A DNA stretch of 63,297 bases, counting the filler, from Octopus bimaculoides (lineage: Eukaryota), in assembly GCF_001194135.2 (NCBI RefSeq). It is 4 parts of 4 records of this genome, joined end to end, with 100 filler letters (N's around TTAATTAATTAA, not from the genome) between each part and the next. Parts side by side here need not be neighbours in the genome. Positions count along the whole stretch, not along the records: positions 1 to 27,387 come from NC_069008.1; 3 more parts are not named here. The stretch is one strand, 5' to 3'. The notes below the pieces were generated by a model. That model was not told the DNA's origin and did no database searches. It worked only from the letters and a program-made list of their open reading frames with translations. How positions within the stretch are numbered: position 1 is the stretch's first letter; the number at the start of each line of letters is the position of its first letter. Position numbers and translations under genes: made by a program. Shown in pieces: positions 1 through 11,834 of the stretch.

Positions 1-210
1 AAGTGTTTTAGCAGGGGGTGGTTGGGGAATTCCGGAAAATTCGCCGGAGTCCGCTTCAATTTGTCAAGAAAATGAATAATTTTTAATGAAATTCACTACA
101 AATACCCCTCGGACTATGTAGATTCCGGAGACATAGGAATTTTGGGGGTAATTTTTGAGCACAGCTCCCCACTCGGGGGTGTTTTGGAAGAAGTCGTCCA
201 TATTTGATTC
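1..210. repeat. Fragment of a homopolymer/GC-patch repeat also found inside the hAT-like element at 10.5-11.3 kb
   Basis: Its reverse complement contains gacttcttccaaaacaccccc...tccggaatc, resembling the gacttcc...caaaaacacccc...ttttcgg..cggaga motif at 10620-10743, 10934-11100 (inverted) and 11840-11990. Confidence 0.45.
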
Positions 211-559
211 ATTTACTCCATTTTGTGCGTTTGTGCATCCGTAGATTTCTACTGATGCAACAGACAAATGAAGCCCTTACCAGAAAACTCGTAAGGCTAA
301 AAGTAACAAACAAAAGGTCTGGTACACAGAAATATGTTATTAAGACGACTTATCTGTTGCATACTCTTTTTCAGTTTAAAATTCCCAGGTAAACCTTTCT
401 AACAGAAAGGCAGAAGACACCAGAAGCAAACACAAGGAACATACACGCATAGTTAAATACAGAAGTGTAAAGTATAATTTGTTACATAATCTCTATAATA
501 AACCGGATATTGGAATCTATTCCATCTGAAGGACACATTTTTCAGTTAATTTTTTTTGT

Positions 560-790
560 TATCTCAACACTTTGAAACTTCAGATACTGGTAGAATGTGT
601 CACATAGAACAGGGCTTACTCTTAAGATTTTGACAATCTTGTATTGTAGAAGTTACTTCGTGTTAAAGTTGTCGTATTTAGGTAATTTCAACCAATCAAT
701 GACGTGTATTCAGCTGAAGAAAATTACTGCTGTTGTTTGTCAACAACAACTTCCAGCGGTGTATATTTTGTTTGTCAGCGTTATTTATGA
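560..790 (+). repeat. Dispersed repeat, unclassified; inverted copy at ~12990-13200
   Basis: acactttgaaacttc..atagaacag and gttaaagttgtcgtattt..atttcaaccaatca..aattactgct align to the reverse complement of 13030-13185. Confidence 0.7.
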
Positions 791-859
791 CATATTTCAT
801 CTCAGTTAAGTTCGTATGAATACACAAGTGTATTTGCAGCACGTTTACTTTACGACACC

Positions 860-1077
860 ACCATAATCGTTGGTTAGGTTGTTTTTTTTTTCCTGTTTAT
901 CAGTTACTATTTTTGAAAAGACTTCCTCCCGCTCCCTCCCCATTTTCTCGCAAAGTATTGTTTTGTTTAAAGATTTTTTGCCAAAAACCGGAATTTTGAA
1001 ATTCTGTGTCCCCCTTATCACTCCCACCTCCAATTTCTTAATTTTTCACTTTTTTCCATATCCCTGAAACTAAAACC
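860..1077 (+). repeat. Copy of the hAT-associated internal repeat
   Basis: cccattttctcgcaaa (shared with 10637) and ggaattttgaaatt...atttttcacttttttccata (shared with 11910-11975). Confidence 0.65.
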
Positions 1078-1289
1078 GGCTATCTTTCGTTTTAATGTTA
1101 ATTACTATCAACTGAACACATGGTTTTGTCTACATCTAATCGGCCTTTTCCGTAAAGGAGGGATGGGAAGACGGTATTTTATAATATTTTATCTAAATAA
1201 ATTATTTAACCGACACTTGCATTTACGTGTTGTATACACTAGAAAATTCGTTACACGATATTACCAATTTGCTTCGAGCTGGGAAATAC

Positions 1290-2842
1290 TGTGTCGATGT
1301 AATCAGGTAGAACCGGGTATGTTTTGTGTCTGTGTGTGTGTGTTGGTCATTCGGTGGTGTCTGTTTATGTTCTGCGACTGTTTGGATTGTTCATGCTGAA
1401 TATGTGGTTCTGTGTTGGTTGCTTGACTGGCACAAGTGAACTGCTGTCGGTGGACGGTTTGCCTCTTGCTGGCTGTCTCCTCTTCTGTCGTATGTCTGAC
1501 TGTATGATGTTCATCCCAGCTAGAAGGACNNNNNNNNNNNNNNNNNNNNNNNNNNNNNNNNNNNNNNNNNNNNNNNNNNNNNNNNNNNNNNNNNNNNNNN
1601 NNNNNNNNNNNNNNNNNNNNNNNNNNNNNNNNNNNNNNNNNNNNNNNNNNNNNNNNNNNNNNNNNNNNNNNNNNNNNNNNNNNNNNNNNNNNNNNNNNNN
1701 NNNNNNNNNNNNNNNNNNNNNNNNNNNNNNNNNNNNNNNNNNNNNNNNNNNNNNNNNNNNNNNNNNNNNNNNNNNNNNNNNNNNNNNNNNNNNNNNNNNN
1801 NNNNNNNNNNNNNNNNNNNNNNNNNNNNNNNNNNNNNNNNNNNNNNNNNNNNNNNNNNNNNNNNNNNNNNNNNNNNNNNNNNNNNNNNNNNNNNNNNNNN
1901 NNNNNNNNNNNNNNNNNNNNNNNNNNNNNNNNNNNNNNNNNNNNNNNNNNNNNNNNNNNNNNNNNNNNNNNNNNNNNNNNNNNNNNNNNNNNNNNNNNNN
2001 NNNNNNNNNNNNNNNNNNNNNNNNNNNNNNNNNNNNNNNNNNNNNNNNNNNNNNNNNNNNNNNNNNNNNNNNNNNNNNNNNNNNNNNNNNNNNNNNNNNN
2101 NNNNNNNNNNNNNNNNNNNNNNNNNNNNNNNNNNNNNNNNNNNNNNNNNNNNNNNNNNNNNNNNNNNNNNNNNNNNNNNNNNNNNNNNNNNNNNNNNNNN
2201 NNNNNNNNNNNNNNNNNNNNNNNNNNNNNNNNNNNNNNNNNNNNNNNNNNNNNNNNNNNNNNNNNNNNNNNNNNNNNNNNNNNNNNNNNNNNNNNNNNNN
2301 NNNNNNNNNNNNNNNNNNNNNNNNNNNNNNNNNNNNNNNNNNNNNNNNNNNNNNNNNNNNNNNNNNNNNNNNNNNNNNNNNNNNNNNNNNNNNNNNNNNN
2401 NNNNNNNNNNNNNNNNNNNNNNNNNNNNNNNNNNNNNNNNNNNNNNNNNNNNNNNNNACTAAAGATCTGGTATAATTGCTCACGTGTTATTGACTCTCTT
2501 TCTCTCTGCTGTAATAACATACACACACATGTATCACTTACATACACACTTTTCTTTGTATGACGGCCTGTCTTTGATTATGTTCTTATATGTCGCATTC
2601 ACACTCACACACAGACATACGTCTTTAACGCTACAATAAATATCTCTGTTATTCATCTAATACGGTTGTGGTCTTTCATTACTGGTCATCTATGTTATCG
2701 TCGCATAACATATCATGTATATCATTATTGATATATATAATATTGTGTGTTCGACCGTGTGACACGTTTAAATAAAAGGAGTCCTCTGTTTTCCCATTCG
2801 TCACCATTTCTCCTTTTTGAGTTCGCACGGTCGTCCCTTACA
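1290..2842 (+). mobile_element. Solo LTR spanning an assembly gap
   Basis: TGT...ACA termini flanked by a 5-bp direct repeat AATAC (1285-1289, 2843-2847); AATAAA at 2771-2776 shortly before the 3' end. The interior 1530-2458 is N. Confidence 0.6.
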
Positions 2843-4084
2843 AATACATATCAGAAATGTAGGAAGTGAAAGATGCAAAAATGGAAAGCAAAAAACCAAC
2901 GTTCAGAGTTGATGTTGGCAATATATGTTAGGCGATATGTTTATGCCTAGGCAGAAGCATCAATGTGATATGCTGGCGTGTCGAAAGAGATATGCAACTC
3001 TATTGATTACGTGACCCACTGGAGGTCTAATAGAGGTAAGCTGTCTTTCAGTGGCGTGGAGAACAAGTGATAGCACACATGGAAATACGAGTGGCGCAAG
3101 TGTATGTAAGCATACAGGTGTGTTGTAGAGAGGAACACATTTTTAAAACAGAGCAAAACATATGTACATGCCAAAAAATATAATTTGAGAGAAAGATGTA
3201 AATGTTCACGCAAAAAGTTCCTTGGTGAAATGTTCAGTCTGTTCAATTAGCTGATCAAAGTTCATTAAAAAAAGTGTTTTTCGTCGATATAGAAACACTG
3301 GCTCGGGAATGAAATTTGCTTACGGGGTGCAAACCCAGGTCCAAAATTTTTTTACAAACAAGGTCTTGTTATTTATTTTTGTGATTTGTTCTTTTAGAAG
3401 GAACCTAACCTCAAGCTATTTTGTACACATCACTTTTTTATTCACTGTTTTGTAAACCTTGAGAAAAATAANNNNNNNNNNNNNNNNNNNNNNNNNNNNN
3501 NNNNNNNNNNNACTGGGCAGACAAAATGTTCTTTGTTTTGTTTTGCTTGGAATGTGGAGGATGCAGAGTCACTCGGGTTCTGAAAGTGTGACAATTGTTC
3601 ATAACCATAAGAAAAAGCAATTTATTTTTATTTGTTGATGTGGACATTGGGGACATTTCATTTGAGAAGACGAATAGGCGAAGAATTTGTACTTACTGGA
3701 AAGACTTGAACACACATGCCTCTGGAGTTGCAAAGGATCCGATGGGAGATTTAATGTGTCGGTGGACCTTTGCTTTTTTGGCACGAAACACAGGTTCTAA
3801 CCCAGTCAGGGGTGTCCTTGTTGATGTTGGGCCACACGAAACGGGTTGATATCAGCTTTTGTGTGTGTGTGCGTGTGTGGGGGGACCAGGATATGCTAGA
3901 GAATGCAAAGCGGAGAAAACGGTATGTCTTCGTTTCTGCGGCATGTATGGACGTTCACGACCATACATGCACAAAATATAGCAAAGGGTATTGTTGATTG
4001 CTGAAGTTTCAGAGATGATGAATTCCGGAGCTGTAGTAGTTCTTCGTCATCTTGTTGATCAGCTGCAATCTGCTAGACATCAAT

Positions 4085-4473
4085 GGAGGTGCAATGGCCC
4101 AGTGGTTAGGGCAGCGGACTCGTGGTCATAGGATCGCTGTTTCGGTTCCCAGACCGGGCGTTGTGAGTGTTTATTGAGCGAAATCACCTAAAAGCCCCAC
4201 GAGGCTCTGGCAGGGGCTAGTGGCGAACCCTGCTGTACTCTTCCACCACAACTTTCTCTCACTCTTTCTTCCTCTTTCTGTTGTGCCTGTAATTCAAAGG
4301 GGTCAGTCTTGTCACACTCTGTGTCACGCTGAATATCCCCTGAGAACTACGTTAAGGGTACACGTGTCTGTGGAGTGCTCAGCCACTTGCACGTTAATTT
4401 CACGAGCAGGCTGTTCCGTTGATCGGATCAACTGGAACCCTCGTCATCGTAAGCGACGGAGGGCCAACAACAA
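4085..4473 (+). mobile_element. tRNA-derived SINE (family C), apparently full length
   Basis: A-box-like TGGCCCAGTGG, B-box-like GTTTCGGTTCC, (CAA)n tail; flanked by gctagaca(t/g)caatgg at 4072-4086 and 4474-4488 (14/15 target-site duplication). Confidence 0.8.
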
Positions 4474-4807
4474 GCTAGACAGCAATGGTCGCAGTGGGGT
4501 GGATAGCGTTAAGCTCGAAACGTGACAGGGTATCAGCTGCAGAGTCGTTTGCACCCTTGATGTGGCGAAAGTGTATCGTGTACGGTGCCATGAAGTCTAG
4601 ATGTCGGACTTCCCTGAGTGAGTGACGATCAGGCTTGGCGTTGAAGGCAAAAACCAGCAGTTTTACGGCCGGTATAAGTGGAGAAAACGTGACCTTCCAG
4701 CATGTGTCGAAAATGCTTGACAATGAGATACACTGCCAGTGATTCTCAACCGAAGGTACTGTACTTAGTCCCGGTGGGATTTAAGCGCTTGGAGAAGAAA
4801 GAGGTTG

Positions 4808-5435
4808 TAGGGATGTAGCTTGACCCTGCCTGAGATTTGAAACCAAACCCACTAGCTTGTTGCTAGTCAAAACGTGTGGGATATCCTCTTCAAATTGGAT
4901 AATTGATGAAGAAACACTCGACGCCTTAGGACTTGTGCTGGTCAAGGAAAGGTCAGTCCTTTGTTTAGGATTTGACCTACATTACTGACCACAGTCTATT
5001 TAACAGAGAGAATTTCCTATCTCTTTCACTTTTTGTGTCAGCAGACCAAGGAGCAACACGTTCTACTGCGTCAGCCATGACCAAGAACAACACTCCCTTT
5101 TGCCCTTAGCTCGACATAAGAACAGAAGCTTTCGACTGCAAGACGATGCCACCTTTAACCATTCATTCGTTACTCTTTCATTCTCTACTGACAGACTATT
5201 AAGTACGAACCAGCGAGCTAACATAGTCGTTTCTATCACTAGAATTGCTACTGAATTTTTAACCACCTATCTGGCTAACGAATAAATTTATGTAAATAAT
5301 AGTTCTTCCTTCTTGGTGTACTTTCTTCGATATTTATTGGTTTCTCCGTCGCGAGAACCTTCAAGCGTTACACCTACATGCTACATTATATCGCCGTGTA
5401 TAGCACAATTACATCCAGCCCGCGACAACGTTACG
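4808..5435 (+). mobile_element. ~620-bp non-coding insertion splitting the Gypsy RNase H; solo-LTR-like
   Basis: Interrupts VLQQLTDS|QPL; TGTAG...TACA-type ends and AATAAA at 5281; no TSD found. Confidence 0.45.
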
Positions 5436-6767
5436 AAATACTGTCAGTGAGTTGTTGGAGCACACCTATAACTCCGGAATTGGATGCATCAACTAGTACA
5501 CAGAGTGGGGCGCCTGGTTTGGGATACACCAATATGGTAGTGTTCGATAATGTTGTTTTCAAGCTAGCAAGAGGTAAGTTGTTCTTCACTCAGGGCATTT
5601 TTTTATTTTTATTTTCGCTTGTTCGCTGTCACAACAAATCTGTGAGCGGTTGGGCTGTCTGGGGTAAAATTTTGCAGTAGAAATTCACCAAGTCAAGCCA
5701 AGAAATTCCCGGAATTTGCGGAGAGATGTGGGTAGTGGAAAATCCACGATGGCTTTGACTTTCTCGGGAAGTGGGTGAATGCCATCCTTATTGACGATGT
5801 GCCCAAGAAAATAACTTGGTAACAGAAATTATGTTTCTTAATATGACGGGCAGAAAGTAAATAAGAAATTTTGATGGAAAATAAAGTATTGTATGAGTTA
5901 AAACGATATTTATCACTCAATGAAGCAAAGCGCCAGTATTGAAGGAACCAGAAAGAAAACGTCAACAACAGAAAAACACAAAATTGTACAGATTGAATTG
6001 AAATTTATGAAGATACTTCTGTCAGTAAATTATGAAATTACTTACATCAGTAACTGTGAACTTTTTTTCTGTTCATCATTTGTCACTGTTTGTTTGTAAA
6101 TAGCGATTCAAAACTTAAGACTTACTGTGAAAACCACCACTAAGAACAACTTCTGTTGCCTCACTTGAACGTCAGTTTCAACGATGAATTCTTCAACAGA
6201 GCAGTCATCGACATTGAGGACAGCCTATTTGCTGCCTGGTGTAATGACCTTTCATTTTATGTGTATGGCAGAATAATGCCACACACTAGACTTCCAAAAT
6301 AAACAAACACATTTTTACNNNNNNNNNNNNNNNNNNNNNNNNNNNNNNNNNNNNNNNNNNNNNNNNNNNNNNNNNNNNNNNNNNNNNNNNNNNNNNNNNN
6401 NNNNNNNNNNNNNNNNNNNNNNNNNNNNNNNNNNNNNNNNNNNNNNNNNNNNNNNNNNNNNNNNNNNNNNNNNNNNNNNNNNNNNNNNNNNNNNNNNNNN
6501 NNNNNNNNNNNNNNNNNNNNNNNNNNNNNNNNNNNNNNNNNNNNNNNNNNNNNNNNNNNNNNNNNNNNNNNNNNNNNNNNNNNNNNNNNNNNNNNNNNNN
6601 NNNNNNNNNNNNNNNNNNNNNNNNNNNNNNNNNNNNNNNNNNNNNNNNNNNNNNNNNNNNNNNNNNNNNNNNNNNNNNNNNNNNNNNNNNNNNNNNNNNN
6701 NNNNNNNNNNNNNNNNNNNNNNNNNNNNNNNNNNNNNNNNNNNNNNNNNNNNNNNNNTGTGTGTGTG

Positions 6768-6977
6768 TGTGTGTTTGCCCCTCACCGTCGCTTGACAATC
6801 AATGCTGGTGTGGTTATGTCCCTATAATTTAGCAGTTTGGCAAAAGAGACTGATAGAATAAGTACTAGGCTTACAAAGAATAAGTCCTGGAGTTGATTTC
6901 TTTAACTAAAACCCTTTAAGATGGTGCTCCAGCATGGCTGCAGTCAAATGACTGAAACATCTAAAAGAATAAAAGAA
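6768..6977 (+). mobile_element. SINE family A, 3' half
   Basis: Matches 13895-14076 (cgcttgacaa..ggcaaaagagac..gtgctccagcatg..tgactgaaaca); follows a GT tract and a gap. Confidence 0.85.
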
Positions 6978-6997
6978 TTATTGTAAAAACCAAATAA

Positions 6998-7212
6998 CCC
7001 TTTCATTACTGTATTTATTTTGAGATGCTCTGTGTTTCTCTCAATTAGATTAAATATAACAAAGAATTTAGTAAAATAACTTTGTTATCATTAAGCTAGA
7101 GTTAGGAACATAAATTGTGGCTAAGGTTTGGTGGAAGATTTTAATTCAAAATTTATGAAAACAAGACATTTCTACTACAGAGTCGGTTTCAGCCAGGCTG
7201 GTAACGAAAGGG
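6998..7212. mobile_element. piggyBac-type MITE
   Basis: TIRs CCCTTTCATTAC / GTAACGAAAGGG (11/12); flanked by ATAA (left) and TTAA (right). Confidence 0.7.
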
Positions 7213-7314
7213 TTAAAACAATGGCAATTTCAAAAGAAATGTGGGAACAGAAGGGTGAAAGATTGTTACCGAGAGGATACTTCATCACAGAAATTATTGA
7301 TACAACTTTTTTCT

Positions 7315-8202
7315 TCAGAGCAATGTTTGTTCTTCATCTTGGTACTTTTCAGAATGGCATTGCTTTCTTCTTGTGTGGCTGCGTTTGTGTTTAGTTACAT
7401 CACTATTTTGAGAGAATGATTTACCACAGATATCGCAGTGATGTGGTTTCTCTCCTGTGTGAATATATTTGTGAATGGTTAAGTGACCTCTCTGAGAGAA
7501 TGATTTACCACAAATATCGCAGTCATATGGTTTCTCTCCTGTATGAATGTGTTTGTGTGTAGTTAAGTGAGCTGTTTGAGAGAATGAGATACCACAGATA
7601 TCACAATGGTATGGTCTTTCTCCTGTATGAATACGTGTGTGAGTAGTTAAATGACAACTTACAGAGAATGATTTACCACAGACACCACAGTGATATGGTT
7701 TCTCTCCTGTATGAATACGTTTGTGTCTAAGCAAGCCAGTACTTGAAGAAAATAATTTACCACAAACATCACAGTGGAATGGTTTCTCATCTGAATGAAT
7801 GTGTCTGTGAGTACTTAACTGGCCTGTTTGAGAGAATGATTTACCACAGATATTGCAGTGATATGGTTTCTGTCCTGTGTGAATATGTATATGTTTAGTT
7901 AAGTAGCTCCTTTCAGAAAATGATTTACCACAAACGTCACAGTGATATGGTTTCTCTCCTGTATGAATACGTCTATGTCTAAGCAAGCTACTACTTCTAG
8001 AAAATAATTTACCACAAACATCGCAGTGGTATGGTTTCTCATCTGAATGAATGTGTTTGTGTTTAGTTAGATTACCTTTTTGAGAGAATGATTTATCACA
8101 GATATCACACTGATATGGTTTTTCTATCTCTTTCAGCATATCATCATGAAAATTAATCATGCCAGTTTGTGGTATACATTTAACATGGTTTTCACAATTC
8201 AT
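7315..8202 (-). CDS. C2H2 zinc-finger protein with 9 tandem fingers (ZNF1 here)
   Basis: Open frame with nine C-x2-C-x12-H-x3-H repeats and TGEKP-type linkers. First ATG at 8202 (MNCEN...); the ORF track start at 8214 is GTG. No KRAB-, BTB- or SCAN-like region is visible. Confidence 0.93.
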   Translation of the reverse strand: MNCENHVKCIPQTGMINFHDDMLKEIEKPYQCDICDKSFSQKGNLTKHKHIHSDEKPYHCDVCGKLFSRSSSLLRHRRIHTGEKPYHCDVCGKSFSERSYLTKHIHIHTGQKPYHCNICGKSFSQTGQLSTHRHIHSDEKPFHCDVCGKLFSSSTGLLRHKRIHTGEKPYHCGVCGKSFSVSCHLTTHTRIHTGERPYHCDICGISFSQTAHLTTHKHIHTGEKPYDCDICGKSFSQRGHLTIHKYIHTGEKPHHCDICGKSFSQNSDVTKHKRSHTRRKQCHSEKYQDEEQTLL

Positions 8203-9199
8203 TTTCAATAACACTGTGTAACAAGATTTTGTTGTTGTTTTTGGTCAGTAAATGTTATTTCCTGTTTGTTTCTATCTAGAAATCAAAGAAAATCTCTACT
8301 ATTCCCTTCAAACTTTGCTTTTGCCACCTGGATATCAATGTTTTGAAACTGACCTATTTTTCCATTACATTTCAGACAGATTCAGCTCTGAGCTGCTGAA
8401 GCAGAAATATCATTATAGCAAATATTCTGCTCAATACCACAGATTTGCTTGACCATAGCCACTTGAGCATGTCCCATTAGCAGCTGATAATATGTGCATC
8501 TCTGATGATGAGCAGTAGTGGGGGGGGGGGGAGCATCATAGCCAGGTCTTAAGAGAAATTCTTTGGGGTTTCAACAAATGTAACAAAATCAAAGTCTGAA
8601 GGAAATATTAGTCATTTTTCAAACTTTCTAGGGGTGAGTGTATAGGAAATAATTGCTACCCAAGAGCAACAATCATGTTACACAGTAATTTTTGTTGTTA
8701 TGACACAATATCTTTTCTTTATATTCCTCTTTATACTTCATTCGTAACAGATGTGAGTCTTGTATTTCCATCAACTGTAATCTTCATCAATATATGAAAA
8801 TGGTACAAACTGCAAACTCTTGCTATTTTGTCCAAGAAGCATCCAGTACAAAACTCAGGTGATAATTTGATCACGGATTTGTTTCTGTTCTCTATAACAG
8901 CTGACTTGAATTTTTAAGACAATAAATATCAATGAAGCATCTAATGTAAAAAATCTGTCCTTGTCTCATCTGATAATCTGAAATAACAGAGAAACAACAG
9001 TGTAAGATATAAACGGTACAAAAATAGGAAATTTTACTAAATTTCTTATAGAGATAAACTGAAGTAAACATTTATCACAATTATATGGCTTCACACCTGC
9101 ATTAATTATTTGTGTTTGTTAAGTTACTTTGTTCAGGGAATGAACTTACAACTGAACTTCACTTTTCAATTTGTTGTTTAAATTACATCATGCAACTTA

Positions 9200-9300
9200 G
9201 ATGCAAGCATGGTAGTTATGGGTTCAATCCCACTGCACACTATCTTGAGCAAGTACATTGCTAGTACATTTGGAAGATGGAAACTGAAAGAAGCCCATCT
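9200..9300 (+). mobile_element. Degenerate SINE family A head
   Basis: gggttcaatcccactgc..cttgagcaagt..gatggaaactgaaagaagccc matches the family A 5' half with an internal deletion. Confidence 0.6.
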
Positions 9301-9399
9301 TATAAATGTGTCCATTTATAAGTTTTTTTTTCCTCCACTGATATCTTATGACATTAAAATTTTAGGAGATTAATTCAAGGTTTATGAAGAAATAAATTC

Positions 9400-9582
9400 T
9401 TTTGAATCATCTCTTGCTTTTTAAAAGAAATACACATATTTCCTACCAACTGATACCCTGGTGGAGATGCATTGTGCAATAAAATGGTTCATATTTGGTC
9501 GATTAAAAATGCAAATGGCAAGTATTTATTGACCTTTTTCTTTCCTTTAAAAATCGGCATGAACTTTCTGGACAACCCAATA
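9400..9582 (+). mobile_element. mariner 3' terminal fragment
   Basis: Ends in gaactttctggacaacccaata followed by TA (reverse complement TATTGGGTTGTCCAGAAAGTTC, mariner-type TIR, compare 24705). The preceding sequence resembles a decayed transposase C-terminus. Confidence 0.55.
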
Positions 9583-9857
9583 TATACACATATACACACA
9601 ACATTTTATAAAATCTTATGTCTATAGAGCACTGTCCAAGGGTTTATAACAGATGGACTGTTGACAGGAACTTCACAGCAAGGCTAGCTAGTGACCTGGT
9701 CTGCAAAGAAGGGACTTCCGGTTAGGCAGGACTATTGTCAGGGATCTTAGATGGGTGATCACATTTGCCCTCACGGTGTATAACGTAACGAAACGAAATA
9801 CTACACCAACAGACTCTTGTTTCAGGTTGATGTTTTGTGTATAGCGTAATGAATCTA

Positions 9858-10239
9858 CAGGGTGTCCACAAAGTCTGGGTACATGGGGACTAGCACATGC
9901 TTTAAGAAATTATTATTTCTTATATTTAATTTTTTATGTTAAGATTTTATTTACTCCATGTACCCGCATGGGAATTAAAACATACTTTAAGAAATTATTA
10001 TTTCTTATATTTAATTTTTTATGTTAAGATTTTATTTACTCCATGTACCTACATGGGGATTAACACATAATTTAAGGAATTATTATTTCTTATATTTAAT
10101 TGTTTATGCTATGAATTTATTTACTCCATGTACCCACATGGGGATTAACACATACTTTAAGAAATTATTATTTCTTATATTTAATTGTTTATGTTATGAT
10201 TTTATTTACTCCATGTACCCAGACTTTGTGGACACCCTG
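9858..10239. mobile_element. Tc1/mariner-type MITE with four internal 85-bp tandem units
   Basis: Perfect TIRs cagggtgtccacaaagtctgggtacatgg / ccatgtacccagactttgtggacaccctg, TA on both flanks; units start at 9882, 9967, 10052 and 10137. Confidence 0.9.
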
Positions 10240-10507
10240 TATATATTAATGTTTAATATGTTATATCTTATCTGTCATGCCACACAAGTCGATGCTCATA
10301 GTGAAATATTTTTAGTTGAAATTTTGTGTCCAGGGAGTCATTCCCTTTTAGTGCCTTATTATTTAACACACAGGTTCGATTTCCACTCATTTAATTATCA
10401 TTTTTTCTAAAATTTTCGTTGTGTCTAGCAAGCTTTTCAATAATCAATGTGTTTAGTTGAAATGATTCGCGTCTACTTTTAATTTAAGATTCAATTATAT
10501 TTTAAAC

Positions 10508-11283
10508 CAGGGGTCGGCGAACTGGAGTAAATTAACTCAAGTCGGGTAAAAATGAAGCTCTTGGGGGTAATGAGGACTTATTAGACATAAATAAAACTAT
10601 ATAAAAAGTTCTTCTAGGAAAAACTTTCTCCCCCACCCATTTTCTCGCAAATTATTGGTTTTTAAAAAAATTTTTTTCCCAAAAACCCACGTTTTCGGAT
10701 ACGGAGATTCCGGAAAATTGTCAAATTTCGGATACGGAGATTCNNNNNNNNNNNNNNNNNNNNNNNNNNNNNNNNNNNNNNNNNNNNNNNNNNNNNNNNN
10801 NNNNNNNNNNNNNNNNNNNNNNNNNNNNNNNNNNNNNNNNNNNNNNNNNNNNNNNNNNNNNNNNNNNNNNNNNNNNNNNNNNNNNNNNNNNNNNNNNNNN
10901 NNNNNNNNNNNNNNNNNNNNNNNNNNNNNNNNNTAAAGAATTTAGGGGGGCGGGGAGGAGGGGTAATTTGAAAATCCCAATTTTTGCCAATTTTTTTGCA
11001 GATTCATATTCTCCGGAGCCGAAAACAGGGGTTTGTGTACAAAAAATTTTTTTTTTTTTTAAAGGGGTGTTTTTGGGGGGTACAAAAGGAAGTCTTGCCC
11101 TTCTGGCAACACTGCGTCTGTCCAAAGTAATGGACGTGTTTAGTAGTCGTCACGTCAAACAGATTCAGTAGACCTTTTGAATTTAAAGAATCTATGATTT
11201 TCTGCCTTTCAAATCAAAGGGGTAACGCAGGCGTAAATATCTATATTTTGTGGTAATTGGTTACAAAAGTTCCCCGATCCCCG
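10508..11283. mobile_element. Non-autonomous hAT element
   Basis: Left end CAGGGGTCGGCGAACT, right end AGTTCCCCGATCCCCG (13/16 inverted match), perfect 8-bp TSD TTTTAAAC (10500-10507, 11284-11291); internal inverted sub-repeats either side of the gap. Confidence 0.75.
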
Positions 11284-11590
11284 TTTTAAACAGGGTGGAC
11301 AATTTTAAAAAGAAAACATTGCAAATGAACACAACAAAGCAAGGCATTTGATAAATTATTATAAGTTACTAATTTCTGCAAACTTCAATGATTGGAGAGG
11401 ATTTCAGAATATTTTCAAGTTATAACACACAAGAAGGTAAAATGTCGACGATTGCGACTCTACAACGCAGTAGTTTATATGCTAGAAGTAGAAGTAAAAT
11501 CTCAAAAACATCACAGCAATCTGTTATCCATAAAAGACACTGGCGGACCGAAGACAAAGAAAGGACACACGAAAAACGAGAGACTTTAAT

Positions 11591-11763
11591 ACTTACGGAA
11601 GTGTTTTATAAAAGATATTGGTATAACAATGTAGTGGTACTTGAGAAATATTTTATAAAGGTAATCGCTATAGTCATGTGTAGTAACGTTTCAATTTTAG
11701 CGTACATATTGTAGAAGTAACACGAAATTGATTTCGTGTCAAATTATACTAATTGCGCATGCG
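11591..11763 (-). promoter_or_regulatory. Candidate promoter and first non-coding exon of ZNF1
   Basis: Minus-strand donor TCC|gtaagt at 11591-11596, NRF1-like TGCGCATGCG at 11754-11763, and palindrome ACACGAAAT-tg-ATTTCGTGT at 11720-11739. Confidence 0.4.
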
Positions 11764-11834
11764 TATCAATTTATTTACGGAAGCTAACTCTCAGTGCATC
11801 CCTTTATTCTTTCAAGCAATTGCCACCGGTAGTA

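Larger units (their letters stand above)
3715..5830 (-). mobile_element. Degenerate Ty3/Gypsy pol relic (RT C-terminus, RNase H, integrase Zn-binding region) with nested insertions
   Basis: Minus-strand pieces read FLGHIVNKDGIHPLPEKVKAIVDFP..FLGL/VNFY (RT), LVDASNSGVIGVLQQ and FFSKRLNPTGTKYSTFG*ESLAVYLIVKHFRHMLEG..RHIKGANDSAADTLSR (RNase H), then RPYMPQKRRHTVFSALHSLAYPG and KLISTRFVWPNINKD..WVRTCVSCQKSK (integrase H2C2). Stops and frameshifts throughout. Confidence 0.9.

Noticed and set aside
4085-4160. tRNA-like A/B boxes
   Set aside because: No complete cloverleaf; it continues into a SINE body with tail and TSD.
7420-8120. Regular 84-bp periodic repeats with variable inserts, superficially CRISPR-like (also 18760-19660)
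   Set aside because: They are C2H2 finger codons on the minus strand; the context is eukaryotic and no cas genes are present.
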